Shown here: positions 38,105 through 47,565 of the stretch, one piece after another
Layout: each line of letters opens with the position of its first letter
Position numbering within the stretch: position 1 is the stretch's first letter
Origin: Candidatus Limnocylindrales bacterium
Lineage (GTDB): Bacteria > Chloroflexota > Limnocylindria > Limnocylindrales > CSP1-4
Direction of reading: 5' to 3'
Length of the DNA stretch: 62,047 nt
NCBI GenBank assembly: GCA_049520815.1
Contig: JBEKPL010000004.1
Coordinates: 1-62,047 of the forward strand
The notes under the pieces: model-generated
Told to the model about the DNA's origin: nothing
Databases searched by the model: none
What the model saw: the letters and a program-made list of their open reading frames with translations, nothing else
Program-made: the position numbers and the translations under genes

Positions 38105-39156
38105 CCGTCCGGACTCGTTCGGACGACGGCGCCGATGCGCCCTCGGGCCGCTCCACGACCGCGAAGCCCGCTCTCTCGAAACGGGTATCTGGTCGCATCT
38201 CGGGCCGGGTTGGCACCCTGCCGGCCGTCGCCCGAGTGGATATGCCGACGCGGCGGCGAGCGGGGGTCTTCCGGCGCGCCATCCGTCACGAGATCAACCG
38301 CATCCGAGACCCACGGCGCCTGACGATGGTGGTCATCCTGGGCTTCGTGGCCGGATTCGTGCTGGCCGGCCTGATCGCTCGAGGCGAGGCCGCGGGCGCC
38401 GACACTCGGGCGTACTGGGCCGCCGGACGGTTGTGGCTCAACGGCGGCGACCCGTATCACCCGACCGGGCCCTTCATGCCGTACGTCTACTCGCCGTGGA
38501 TGCTGCCGCTCTTCGTGCCGTGGTCGATCCTGCCCTGGGACGTGGCCTGGTTCGTGTGGCGCGGGGCCACGGTCATCGGCCTGCTGTGGAGCGTCCACTG
38601 GGCGTACCAGCGCCGGCCCATGACCACCGCGCTCTTGCTCCTCGTGCTGATGTTCCCGCTGGCGGCCAACCTGGACACGGGCAATCTCAACCTGCCCCTG
38701 GCGCTGCTGCTCTTCGGAGCGCAGTTCTCCCGGCCGGCACTGGCCGGCCTGCTATGGATGATCGCGACCACGGCCAAATGGGTGCCCGTGGTCTTCTGGC
38801 CGTTCCTTTCGCCACGTGGCCGGCTGTGGGGCCTGGGCTGGTTCACCCTGGCACTGGCCCTGACCGTAATGACTCTGCCGGCGACGCTCGTCCAGCTGCA
38901 GGTGCTCTTCTCGTTCCAGCGCCCGATTCGAGTGGACTACCTGGTCTTCGTCTGGGCCATCGTCCCGTGGGCGTGGCGCCACCCCGAGGCCTTCCGCTGG
39001 CTGATCCCGTCGACGTGGCCGGGGGCCGCCCAGGCAGGAGCCGCGGCAGCCCGGCTGTGGCGTCTCCACTGGCGGCGCAGTCCGGAGCGGACGGCGGTGG
39101 CGATGCGCCGGGTCGCTCGGGCTCGGGTTCGAGCGTTCTTCGGCCTGGGAGCTTGA
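38101..39156 (+). CDS. GT-C fold glycosyltransferase family 87-like (DUF2029) membrane protein
   Basis: DTRAYWAAG..WLNGGDPY, YVYSP, GNLN and a Lys in TAKWVP. Multi-TM. Start uncertain. Confidence 0.75.
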   Translation: MTVRTRSDDGADAPSGRSTTAKPALSKRVSGRISGRVGTLPAVARVDMPTRRRAGVFRRAIRHEINRIRDPRRLTMVVILGFVAGFVLAGLIARGEAAGADTRAYWAAGRLWLNGGDPYHPTGPFMPYVYSPWMLPLFVPWSILPWDVAWFVWRGATVIGLLWSVHWAYQRRPMTTALLLLVLMFPLAANLDTGNLNLPLALLLFGAQFSRPALAGLLWMIATTAKWVPVVFWPFLSPRGRLWGLGWFTLALALTVMTLPATLVQLQVLFSFQRPIRVDYLVFVWAIVPWAWRHPEAFRWLIPSTWPGAAQAGAAAARLWRLHWRRSPERTAVAMRRVARARVRAFFGLGA

Positions 39157-39220
39157 CAGGCGCCCAGGCGCAAGCTCAATCGAGCGGTGGGGCGAGCGGA
39201 GACGCGCGGCACCACGGGAC

Positions 39221-39502
39221 TCAGCCGGCGCGCCGCATCTCGCGCTCGTACTCGGGGAAGTAGCGGACGATCACCGATAGGCCGAACGAGCGCAGGATCG
39301 ACTCCTTGGGCTCACGGGCGAGCAGGAACTCGAACGAGCGCCGGATGAGATCGGTCGGGTCGATCGCACCGGGGGCGAAGCGAGCCAGCTCGGCCGGCGT
39401 GACGGCAACCTCGAATTCGCGGCTGCTGCCGTGATCGGTCACGGTCACGCAGGCGAGCCAACCGCCTTCGACCGGCGAGGTTTCGACGGCGATCTCGCTC
39501 AT
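39221..39502 (-). CDS. Small hypothetical protein (93 aa) coupled to lhr
   Basis: ATGA overlap with the lhr stop. LIRRSFEFLLAREPKESILRSF...YFPEYE. Confidence 0.75.
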   Translation of the reverse strand: MSEIAVETSPVEGGWLACVTVTDHGSSREFEVAVTPAELARFAPGAIDPTDLIRRSFEFLLAREPKESILRSFGLSVIVRYFPEYEREMRRAG

Positions 39503-42500
39503 CCGCGACCCCGGACCACGACACGCCGAGACCCCGGCCGAAGAACGTGGCCACGGTAGCCGGCGGCGAAGCCCGCCGCCTCGAGCCGGGGCTGCCACGC
39601 AGAGGTAGCGACCGGCTCACCGTCGACGCGAGTGAGAACCAGCTCGCGGAAGCGACCGCCCTCCACGAGCTCGCGCAGCGCAGCCAGGGCGGCGCCGGCA
39701 ACCGCCGGGTCGTCGGCGGCGGGGAACGTCTGGAGGGAGTGCCCGCCTCGTTCCAGGTAGAGCGCGGCCGCGCCGTCCACCAGGGCGACGTACGCCCCGG
39801 CGGCCCGCTGCAGGGGCCGTCGATCCGACTCACCGCGACGTGGCCAGGGCAGCGCGGCGCCGTAGGGATTGGCGGAGTCCGCGGCCGCGAGCAGGTACAC
39901 CGTCCGGGCACCTGCCCGATCGGCAGGCGGCTCGCGCATCGAGCGCAGCCGGTCGACGGCTCCGGGGAGGGCGAACTGCGCCGCCCCGAGTCCGTCGACG
40001 AAATAGCCGCGGCGGATGCGCCCGGACTCCTCCATCGCTCGCAGCACCGGGTAGACGGCGGAGAAGCCGCCGGCGACTTCCTCGGCGTTGACGGACTCGC
40101 GCGTCAGCACGCCGTGGCGATCGAGCAGCGCGACCGACAGTGAGTGGAGCCGTTCCGTGGCGCGACCGGCCACGCCACTCACCGCGCCACTCCCCGGCGC
40201 CTCGGCCCCCGCCGGGCCCGTGCCATCCACCAGCGACCAGCGCCCGGCCGCTTCCGGCGGCCCCAGCTGCAGCCGGCCGGGACGCGGCCGGCGCTCGCCG
40301 GACGGCCTTCTCCAGCGCAGGGCCCGCAGCGGCGCGAACGTGTCGTTGGTAAGCTCGCCGGCCCAGACCAGATCCCACAGCGCGTCGAGGATCTCGCGCT
40401 CCGCCACGGGGCCGGCGGCGGAGGAAAGCTCGCGGTAGAAGGAGGCGCCACGTCGCCGCAGCCGCTCGCGAAGTCGTTCGTGCAGCTCGCCGGCAGGCGT
40501 CTCCACCTCGCTCGCGGCCAGGTCGCGCAACACCTCGCGGCCGGGGCGATACAGGACGATCCGCCCATCGTCGCGGCCCAGACTGCCGCGCCCGACCCAG
40601 GCAACCTCGCCGAGCGCACCGAGCTCGTCCAGCAGGCGCGGCTGGTAGCCGGGGACTCGGGCCGGTAGAACGTCTCGTTCCATGACGGAGGCCGGGATGG
40701 GCACGCCCGCCAGCTGGTCGACCACTTCTGCCAGTCGCTCCAGGGCGGCTTCGCCGCGCGGCGTCGCCACTCCCCCGGCAAGCGCCGCGTCCGCGCCAAC
40801 CGGCCGAACGCCCTGCCAGGCTGGCAGGAACCGGGCCAGCACCACCTGCTCGACCGGCTCCACCTCGCGCCGCAGCCGGGCCAGGGAGCGGCGCCGCAGC
40901 TGTCGCAGAACGTCCGGGTTGCACCATTCTCGCTCCGTCCCGCTCGGCCGGAACTCGCCGCGCAGGATCGTGCCAGCGTCGCGCAGCCGCTCGAGGAGGT
41001 CCTCGACTCGGGCCGCAGCCACGCCGAACCGTCGTGCCGGCTCCGGGGCGAGAAACGGCCCATGGGAGCGCGCCCAGCGGGCCACCAGGCCGCCCAACGC
41101 GCCCTCGACGGGGGCGAGGAACGCCGCCGGCACGCCAACCGGCAGAGCCACTCCCAGCGCGTCGCGGTAGCGGCCGGCATCCTCGATCGCGATCCAGCGG
41201 ACTTCGCCGGCGATGCGCAAGGCAACGGCCCGCCGCGACCCCTCCAACGCCGCGAGCCAATCGCCGCAGGCCACGGGCTCGGTGATCCGCGCTGCAACCT
41301 CGTCCGCGGTGAGATCGCCCAACCGGCGCAACAGGTCGTGGAGCGCGTCCACGGACCGGGCGGCCCGCTCGGGCACGAGCGCCTGCAGCGCCAGCTCGAG
41401 GTCCGCCAGAGCCGCCGGATCGATCAGGTCGCGCAGCTCCTCCTGGCCGAGCAGCTCGCGCAGCAGCTCGCGGTCCAGGGCCAGCGCTCCCGCCCTCCGC
41501 TCCGCAAGCGGGGCATCGCCCTCGTACATGTAGGCAGCCAGGTAGTCGAAGAGCAGGGTCCCTGCAAACGGCGATGCCGTGACCGTCTCCACCTCCCGGA
41601 CCTCTATCTCCCGCCGGGCAACTCCACCCAGGACCTCCCGCAGGGCAGGCAGGTCGAACAGGTCCGCCAGGCATTCGCGGTACGTCTCGACGATGATCGG
41701 GAACGAGCCGTACCGGCTGGCGACGGCGAGGAGCCCGGCCGAACGCTGCCGCTGCTGCCACAGCGGCGTCCTCGAGCCCGGCCAGCGCCGCGGCAGCAGG
41801 AGTGCCCGGGCGGCGTTCTCTCGGAAGCGCGCGGCGAACATCGCCGAGCTGCCCAGCCGGCCCACAACCAGGTCTTCGACCTCGTCCGCCGTTGGGAAGA
41901 GCAGCTCGGCCAGGCTCCCGCCGGGCACCGACGTCGCGCCGATCCCGGTCTCCGTCGCGGCCGCGTCGCCCTCGGGCAGCCGGATCGCGATCCCATCGTC
42001 CGACCAGATCGTCTGGGCGCCCCCGCCCAACCTCTCCTCCAGGCGCGCTTCGATCGCCAGCGCCCAGGGCGCGTGGACCCGCCCGCCGAAGGGCGTCAGG
42101 ATCACCACTCGCCAATCGCCCAGCTCGTCGCGGAACCGCTCCACGACGACGCGCCGGTCGGTCGGCAGGTGACCGGCCGCCTCTCGCTCCTCGGACAGGT
42201 AGTCCAGCACGTTCTGTGCTGCCAGATGGTCCAGGTCGTGGTGCTCGAGCAGCCGGCGCCGCGCCCGCTCGCGTCCGCGCTCGCCGGCCCCGAGGTCGCC
42301 CTCGAGCTCTCGCACGAACTGGCCCAGCGCCCGCCCCAGCTCGATCGGACGGCCCAGCCCGTCGCCGTGCCAGAACGGGATCTTGCCCGGCACGCCGGGT
42401 GCCGGCGAAACGACGACGCGATCGGGCCGGATATCCTCCACTCGCCAGCTCGAGGCCCCGAGAGCGATCACCTCGCCGACGCGGCTCTCGTAGACCATCT

Positions 42501-44196
42501 CCTCGTCCAGCTCGCCGACCCGCCGGCCGGGCGTCCCGGCCTCGCCGACCAGGAACACTGGATACAGCCCGCGATCCGGGATCGTGCCGCCGCTGGTGAT
42601 CGCCACCGTCCGCGCGTCACGGCGGCCTTCGACCAGTCCCGTCTCGCGGTCCCATACCACCCGCGCCTTGAGCTCCGCGAACTCATCGGAGGGGTACGCC
42701 CCGGCCAGCATCCCCAGGACCGCCTCGAAAGCGTCGCGCGTCAGCGTCTCGTACGGCGCCGCTCGCCGCACCGTCTCGTACAGCTCGTCGGCCTGCCACG
42801 GCTCGCGCACCGTCATCGCGACGATCTGCTGGGCCAGGACATCCAGCGGGTTGCGCGGCAGCTTCGTCTCCTCGATCGCACCCTCGTGCATCCGCGCCGT
42901 GACCACCGCCGCTTCCAGGAGATCGCCGCGGTATTTGGGGAAGATGACGCCGCGGCTCGGCTCTCCCACGTGGTGCCCGGCCCGGCCGACCCGCTGCAGG
43001 CCGCTGGCGACGCTGGTGGGAGATTCGACCTGGATCACCAGGTCGACGGCGCCCATGTCGATGCCCAGCTCCAGAGAGCTGGTGGCGACGATGGCCGGCA
43101 GCCGCCCTGCCTTGAGCTCCTCCTCGATCTGGACTCGCTGCTCCCGCGCGAGCGAGCCATGGTGAGCCCGAACCAGCTCTTCGCCGGCCAGTTCGTTCAG
43201 CTTGTTGGCCAGCCGCTCGGCCATGCGCCGCGAGTTGCAGAAGACGATCGTGGAATGGTGCGCGCGAATGAGCTCCAGAATCTTGGGGTGGATCGCCGGC
43301 CAGATGCTGTGGCGAGCCTCGGGACCGTCGACCGGGCCACCGGGCCCCTCCTCGGTCGGCAGCTGGGTTGGCGGAGCCAACACCTCGCCGAGCCTGCTCA
43401 TGTCCTCGACCGGGACGCGGACCGATAGCTCTAGGGCTTTGCGAGAGCCCGCATCGACGATCGCGACGTCGCGGCTCTCCCCCGCCCGGCCCGGCCTAGC
43501 TCCACCCAGGAACCGGGCGATCGTCTCGACCGGTCGCTGGGTCGCCGAGAGCCCGATCCGCTGGGGCGGGCGTGCGGTCAGCTTCTCCAGCCGCTCCAGG
43601 CTGAGAGCCAGGTGAGCGCCGCGTTTGGTGCCGGCCAGGGCGTGGACCTCGTCCACGATGACGTGCTCGACTCCGCGCAACATCTCGGCCGCCTGGCTGG
43701 TGAGGATCAGGTAGAGCGACTCGGGCGTCGTGATCAGGATGTCCGGCGGGTTGCGGACGAGGTGGCGGCGCTCGTCGGCCGGTGTGTCGCCGGTCCGGAC
43801 CCCGACTTCGATCTGCGGAACGGGCTCGCCCATTCGTTCGGCGGCCATCCGGATTCCAACGAGTGGCACGCGCAGGTTGCGCTCCACGTCGTAGATCAGG
43901 GCCTTGAGCGGCGAGACGTACAGGACCCGCACCGTGCCCGGCGCCCTGGCGGAGCGGACCCGCGGCTCGCGGCCCAGCCGATCGAGGCACCACAGAAACG
44001 CGGCCAGGGTCTTGCCGCTGCCGGTTGGGGCGTGGATCAGGGTGTGGCGCCCGGCCGCGATGCTCGCCCAACCCCCGACCTGGGCGGGAGTGGGCGCCGG
44101 AAAGGCCGAGCGGAACCACTCGGCGACCGCCGGGCTGAACAGGGCGAGCGGGTCGTCGGTGCCACCGAGAGCGTTGGAAGAGATGGAGGCAGCCAC
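39499..44196 (-). CDS. lhr: Lhr-family SF2 helicase, long form with C-terminal winged-helix/glycosylase-like region
   Basis: APTGSGKT, DEVH, SAT, HHGS and QRVGRAGH. C-terminal ESGRIRRGYFVDGLGAAQFA and AADSANPYG. Confidence 0.95.
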   Translation of the reverse strand: MAASISSNALGGTDDPLALFSPAVAEWFRSAFPAPTPAQVGGWASIAAGRHTLIHAPTGSGKTLAAFLWCLDRLGREPRVRSARAPGTVRVLYVSPLKALIYDVERNLRVPLVGIRMAAERMGEPVPQIEVGVRTGDTPADERRHLVRNPPDILITTPESLYLILTSQAAEMLRGVEHVIVDEVHALAGTKRGAHLALSLERLEKLTARPPQRIGLSATQRPVETIARFLGGARPGRAGESRDVAIVDAGSRKALELSVRVPVEDMSRLGEVLAPPTQLPTEEGPGGPVDGPEARHSIWPAIHPKILELIRAHHSTIVFCNSRRMAERLANKLNELAGEELVRAHHGSLAREQRVQIEEELKAGRLPAIVATSSLELGIDMGAVDLVIQVESPTSVASGLQRVGRAGHHVGEPSRGVIFPKYRGDLLEAAVVTARMHEGAIEETKLPRNPLDVLAQQIVAMTVREPWQADELYETVRRAAPYETLTRDAFEAVLGMLAGAYPSDEFAELKARVVWDRETGLVEGRRDARTVAITSGGTIPDRGLYPVFLVGEAGTPGRRVGELDEEMVYESRVGEVIALGASSWRVEDIRPDRVVVSPAPGVPGKIPFWHGDGLGRPIELGRALGQFVRELEGDLGAGERGRERARRRLLEHHDLDHLAAQNVLDYLSEEREAAGHLPTDRRVVVERFRDELGDWRVVILTPFGGRVHAPWALAIEARLEERLGGGAQTIWSDDGIAIRLPEGDAAATETGIGATSVPGGSLAELLFPTADEVEDLVVGRLGSSAMFAARFRENAARALLLPRRWPGSRTPLWQQRQRSAGLLAVASRYGSFPIIVETYRECLADLFDLPALREVLGGVARREIEVREVETVTASPFAGTLLFDYLAAYMYEGDAPLAERRAGALALDRELLRELLGQEELRDLIDPAALADLELALQALVPERAARSVDALHDLLRRLGDLTADEVAARITEPVACGDWLAALEGSRRAVALRIAGEVRWIAIEDAGRYRDALGVALPVGVPAAFLAPVEGALGGLVARWARSHGPFLAPEPARRFGVAAARVEDLLERLRDAGTILRGEFRPSGTEREWCNPDVLRQLRRRSLARLRREVEPVEQVVLARFLPAWQGVRPVGADAALAGGVATPRGEAALERLAEVVDQLAGVPIPASVMERDVLPARVPGYQPRLLDELGALGEVAWVGRGSLGRDDGRIVLYRPGREVLRDLAASEVETPAGELHERLRERLRRRGASFYRELSSAAGPVAEREILDALWDLVWAGELTNDTFAPLRALRWRRPSGERRPRPGRLQLGPPEAAGRWSLVDGTGPAGAEAPGSGAVSGVAGRATERLHSLSVALLDRHGVLTRESVNAEEVAGGFSAVYPVLRAMEESGRIRRGYFVDGLGAAQFALPGAVDRLRSMREPPADRAGARTVYLLAAADSANPYGAALPWPRRGESDRRPLQRAAGAYVALVDGAAALYLERGGHSLQTFPAADDPAVAGAALAALRELVEGGRFRELVLTRVDGEPVATSAWQPRLEAAGFAAGYRGHVLRPGSRRVVVRGRG

Positions 44197-44228
44197 GAGA
44201 CGCCCAGTATAGGCGGCACACCCGTATT

Positions 44229-44242
44229 AGACCATACGTTCG
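44229..44242. promoter_or_regulatory. Candidate LexA (SOS) box over the lhr -35 region
   Basis: CGAACGTATGGTCT (minus strand) is one core mismatch from GAAC-N4-GTTC. The -10 TATACT is at 44206-44211. Confidence 0.55.
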
Positions 44243-44394
44243 CTACACCGGTTTCTTGCCCGGGGCGTCGTCTCGTGTCGGCTCGCTAGGCTTCGCGACA
44301 GCACCACCGCCATACGGGTCGACTTGCACACCGCTTACATGTCGCGCTCTTCCACCGGTTGATCTGGCTCCTGCGCCGCACGATCCTTTCCCCA

Positions 44395-45492
44395 ATGACA
44401 TCGTCCCGAACCGCAGCGGCCGTTCTGATCGCCAGCATCGGCGCCGCTCTGATCGTCGCCGGGTGTGGTCCGCAAGCCGGCTGGGGCTCCACTTCGGGCG
44501 CGTCTCCGAGCCCGATCGCCACCGCCAGTCCGATCGCGTCTCCCAGCCCAACGTCTCCCAGCACGGGCGCGTCTCCCAGCCCGATCGCGTCTCCCAGCCC
44601 GATCGCGTCTCCCAGCCCGGGGGCATCTCCCAGCCCGATCGCGGCCGCCCCGGACGGGACCACCACGTACACGATGAGCCACGACGGCGTGACTCGGACC
44701 TACGTCCTCCACGTGCCGGCTCGCCTGGACCGCACCCGGCCTGCCCCGTTGCTGATCGAGTTGCACGGCGGTGGCGGTGACGGGGCCGAGATCGACCGCC
44801 TGACCGGCTTCTACGCCATCGCCGATCGAGAACGATTCGTTGTGGCGGCCCCGAGTGGCGTGAACAAGAACTGGAACGATGGCCGCCCGGAGATCGACAC
44901 CGCCACCGGCGGCGCCGATGACGTGGGCTTCCTGTCGGCGATGATGGACAGGATCGCCGGCCAGGTCCCCGTCGATCGAAGCCGCATCTACGTCACCGGC
45001 ATGTCGAACGGCGCCATCATGTCCGGCCGGCTCGCCTGCGAGCTGTCCGATCGGATCGCGGCCTTCGGCCAGGTCTCCGGTACGGCGTCCACCGAGATTG
45101 CCGGCAGCTGCCATCCCGGCCGCTCCGTGCCGGTCCTCGAGATCCACGGCACGGCCGATCTCGTCGTCCCGTATGCGGGCGGTACCGTGGCGCCGCAGCT
45201 CGACGGCCGCGGCCAGGTCGTGGGCGTGGATGCATGGGCCGCCTTCTGGGTCGCCGACGACGCGGACTCGTCGGCGCCGGAGATCACCCACATCGGCAGC
45301 GACACGACCGTCCGAACCTGGCACGGCGCCTCACCGCAGTCGGACGTGGTCTTCTATCGGGTCGAGGGCGCCGGCCACACCTGGCCGGGCGGGCCGGACT
45401 TCCCCGGGCGGGCCGTCGGCTCGACGACCCATTCGTTCAGCGCCTCCGCGGTGATCTGGGAGTTCCTGGCCAGCCATCGGCTGGCGAGCTAG
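44395..45492 (+). CDS. Lipoprotein esterase, PHB-depolymerase/LpqC-LpqP-like alpha/beta hydrolase
   Basis: Lipobox VAGC, SPSPIA 18-bp repeats, LHGGGG, GMSNG nucleophile elbow, HGTAD and GHTWPG. Confidence 0.88.
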   Translation: MTSSRTAAAVLIASIGAALIVAGCGPQAGWGSTSGASPSPIATASPIASPSPTSPSTGASPSPIASPSPIASPSPGASPSPIAAAPDGTTTYTMSHDGVTRTYVLHVPARLDRTRPAPLLIELHGGGGDGAEIDRLTGFYAIADRERFVVAAPSGVNKNWNDGRPEIDTATGGADDVGFLSAMMDRIAGQVPVDRSRIYVTGMSNGAIMSGRLACELSDRIAAFGQVSGTASTEIAGSCHPGRSVPVLEIHGTADLVVPYAGGTVAPQLDGRGQVVGVDAWAAFWVADDADSSAPEITHIGSDTTVRTWHGASPQSDVVFYRVEGAGHTWPGGPDFPGRAVGSTTHSFSASAVIWEFLASHRLAS

Positions 45493-45559
45493 CCGATCTC
45501 GCGGTCGCCACCGGCGCCGCGGCAGTGACCCCCGGGTGACTCGAGCTGACCCTCCGCTA

Positions 45560-45584
45560 TGGTCGGGGCGAGAGGACTTGAGCC
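45560..45584 (-). repeat. tRNA-Pro 3'-end-like 25-bp core, copy 1
   Basis: Minus strand GGCTCAAGTCCTCTCGCCCCGACCA resembles a T-arm, acceptor strand, A73 and CCA. Identical to 46931-46955. Confidence 0.85.
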
Positions 45585-46095
45585 GACGGTTCCCGCATGC
45601 CGGATTGTCGTGCCGAGATGGGTCGTGCATACCCTGCGCAGTCTTGCGGAGGCTCGCCATGGTGGGCAGCCCGAGTCTTCGTGAGTTACTGTCTTGTATG
45701 CCGTTGACCGTCTCGGCGACGGGTTGTCAGGGTAGTGGTTAGAGCGGTCCGAAGTTGCCGGTAGACGCCTGGCGGGCTAGCTCTCACTCCAAGAACCTCT
45801 GCAGCTCGTGGCAGTCGAGCCAATGCGAGTCCGGCCCGCCTGGGCATCCGCACGACTTGACCTTCACCTCATCCTCGCCGGTCGCCGCCGAGCGGACGGC
45901 TGACGGCCGCCCTAGTGAACTAACCGCACACCGTCGAACGACGGCGCACCTCCGCTGGTCCGCCGACGATCCCGGCCCGGTGCCGGCCAGTTCGTGCGGC
46001 TGCGTCGAGGGCCTCGCGCGTGATCGGGCCATTGACGGCGAGGACCGAGGGCGTAGAGTGTCCTGGCGTCCTTGGCCCGGCTAGGAGGGCTCCCG

Positions 46096-46917
46096 GTGCA
46101 CCGGTTGCTGCTCGTCGCACTCGTCGTGGCCGGATGCTCAGGCGCGTCCGCAACCATCAGCCCGAGCCCGACTGCTCAGCTTCCGGCCACGCCCACCGCG
46201 CAACCGTCTGTCAGCGCGTCGGCATCGCCGGACATCGCCGCTCTTGCCTCCAAGTACCTTGAGATAGTAGGCGTTGCAAACCCGAAGATCGATGCCTGCA
46301 ACTCAGGGGTGCAGGCAGGCGAGAACAGTTCCGACTTAGCAGCGGTCAAAGCGTCCCTCCAAATTTGCATCGATGCGTTTGCAGGCATGACCGATAGCCT
46401 GGCGGCGGTCAATTGGGGCCCCGTTCAACCCAAGGTGGATAACGTGATTGCGGCGATCGCCAAGACGAAGGCGGTAGTCAATGACATGACATCCTCGGCG
46501 AGCATCGCTGAGGTGAAGAGCCACAGCAGCGCCCTTGTGTCGGCGGACGGCGACCTCGCAGCCGCCGTCGCTGTGCTCCGCGTGGCCCTTGGATTGCCGC
46601 AGGCGCCGCAGCCGACGCCCCGACCGGCGCTCCAGTTCTCGCCCGCGACCCTGCCCGATGCCCAGGTCGGTTCATCCTACGCTGCCACCATCACCGTCAG
46701 TCAGGCCGTGACGCCCGTGGGTGGCGCCTCGGTCCAGCACGGCGCGCTCCCCGCGGGCCTCGACCTCGCATTGGCCAAGGAGCTAGATAACACGATCCAG
46801 ATCTCGGGAACGCCCACCGTCGCCGGCACGTTCAGTTTCACCATCTACGTGTGGTGCTACGGCACGAACGTCAACGGGCAGACCGCCACCCAGGGGTACA
46901 CCCTGGTGGTGAAGTGA
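46096..46917 (+). CDS. Lipoprotein with a helical domain and a C-terminal putative Ig (He_PIG-like) domain
   Basis: AGGAGG before GTG 46096, lipobox VAGC, and LPDAQVGSSY...GALPAGL...ISGTPTVAGTFSFTI. Confidence 0.75.
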   Translation: MHRLLLVALVVAGCSGASATISPSPTAQLPATPTAQPSVSASASPDIAALASKYLEIVGVANPKIDACNSGVQAGENSSDLAAVKASLQICIDAFAGMTDSLAAVNWGPVQPKVDNVIAAIAKTKAVVNDMTSSASIAEVKSHSSALVSADGDLAAAVAVLRVALGLPQAPQPTPRPALQFSPATLPDAQVGSSYAATITVSQAVTPVGGASVQHGALPAGLDLALAKELDNTIQISGTPTVAGTFSFTIYVWCYGTNVNGQTATQGYTLVVK

Positions 46918-46930
46918 ACTAAGGGAAGTC

Positions 46931-46955
46931 TGGTCGGGGCGAGAGGACTTGAGCC
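46931..46955 (-). repeat. tRNA-Pro 3'-end-like 25-bp core, copy 2
   Basis: Exact direct repeat of 45560-45584. The flanking sequence does not complete a tRNA. Confidence 0.85.
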
Positions 46956-46986
46956 TGCCACGTTGGCCGTGTCGCGCAGACAGACA

Positions 46987-47016
46987 GAGACGGCGAGCTT
47001 TGCGGCCCGCCGTCTC
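46987..47016 (-). terminator. Terminator-like hairpin downstream of DoxX
   Basis: GAGACGGCG...CGCCGTCTC stem followed by TGTCTGTCT on the minus strand. Confidence 0.5.
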
Positions 47017-47073
47017 CTGGTGCAGGGAGGAAATGGGACGAGACTCTCCCCGCATCCTGGTTCGTGAAGGAAC

Positions 47074-47565
47074 CTATCCCAGGGCGTACTTGACGACCGG
47101 GATCCTCTCAGTGATGGCCAGCTTCTCGACGACGGAGTCGAGGGCGTAGGCGCCGGCGCCGACGTAGGCGATGACGCCCGCGATCAGGCCGTACATGAGC
47201 TGGTTGTTGAACGGGCCGGATGCGAAGCTCATCTGAGCGACGAAGAACAGGGTCATCATGAGAACGCCGCAGACGCTGGCGAACCGGGTGGCCAGGCCGA
47301 GGATGAGAGAAACGCCGATCGCGAGCTCACCGGATACGACCAAGACGTTGATGACCGAAACGGCCGCGGGATTGCCCGCGAGCGAAACCCAGAAGTCCTT
47401 GGTGGGATTGATCCCGGCAGTTCCGAGCCAGTTCCCGGCCGTGCTCTTGGCCAGGAAGCTGGCCGCCGAGAACGGCCCAAGCAGGAGCTTGTCCAGGCCG
47501 GCAAACAGGAAGCCGAGCCCGAGTACTGCCCTCAGGACGAAGATCCCACGATCCCTGCTATCCAC
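47074..47565 (-). CDS. DoxX-family membrane protein
   Basis: LRAVLGLGFLFAGLDK, GELAIGVSLILGLATR and GAGAYALD. Confidence 0.85.
   Translation of the reverse strand: MDSRDRGIFVLRAVLGLGFLFAGLDKLLLGPFSAASFLAKSTAGNWLGTAGINPTKDFWVSLAGNPAAVSVINVLVVSGELAIGVSLILGLATRFASVCGVLMMTLFFVAQMSFASGPFNNQLMYGLIAGVIAYVGAGAYALDSVVEKLAITERIPVVKYALG

Noticed and set aside
44505-44645. WETRSG repeat ORF on the minus strand / CRISPR-like short repeats
   Set aside because: These are 18-bp coding repeats for the SPSPIA linker of the esterase lipoprotein.
45560-47030. Intact tRNA-Pro at either 25-bp repeat
   Set aside because: The adjacent sequence gives no anticodon arm, D-arm or 5' CGGGGCG acceptor strand.
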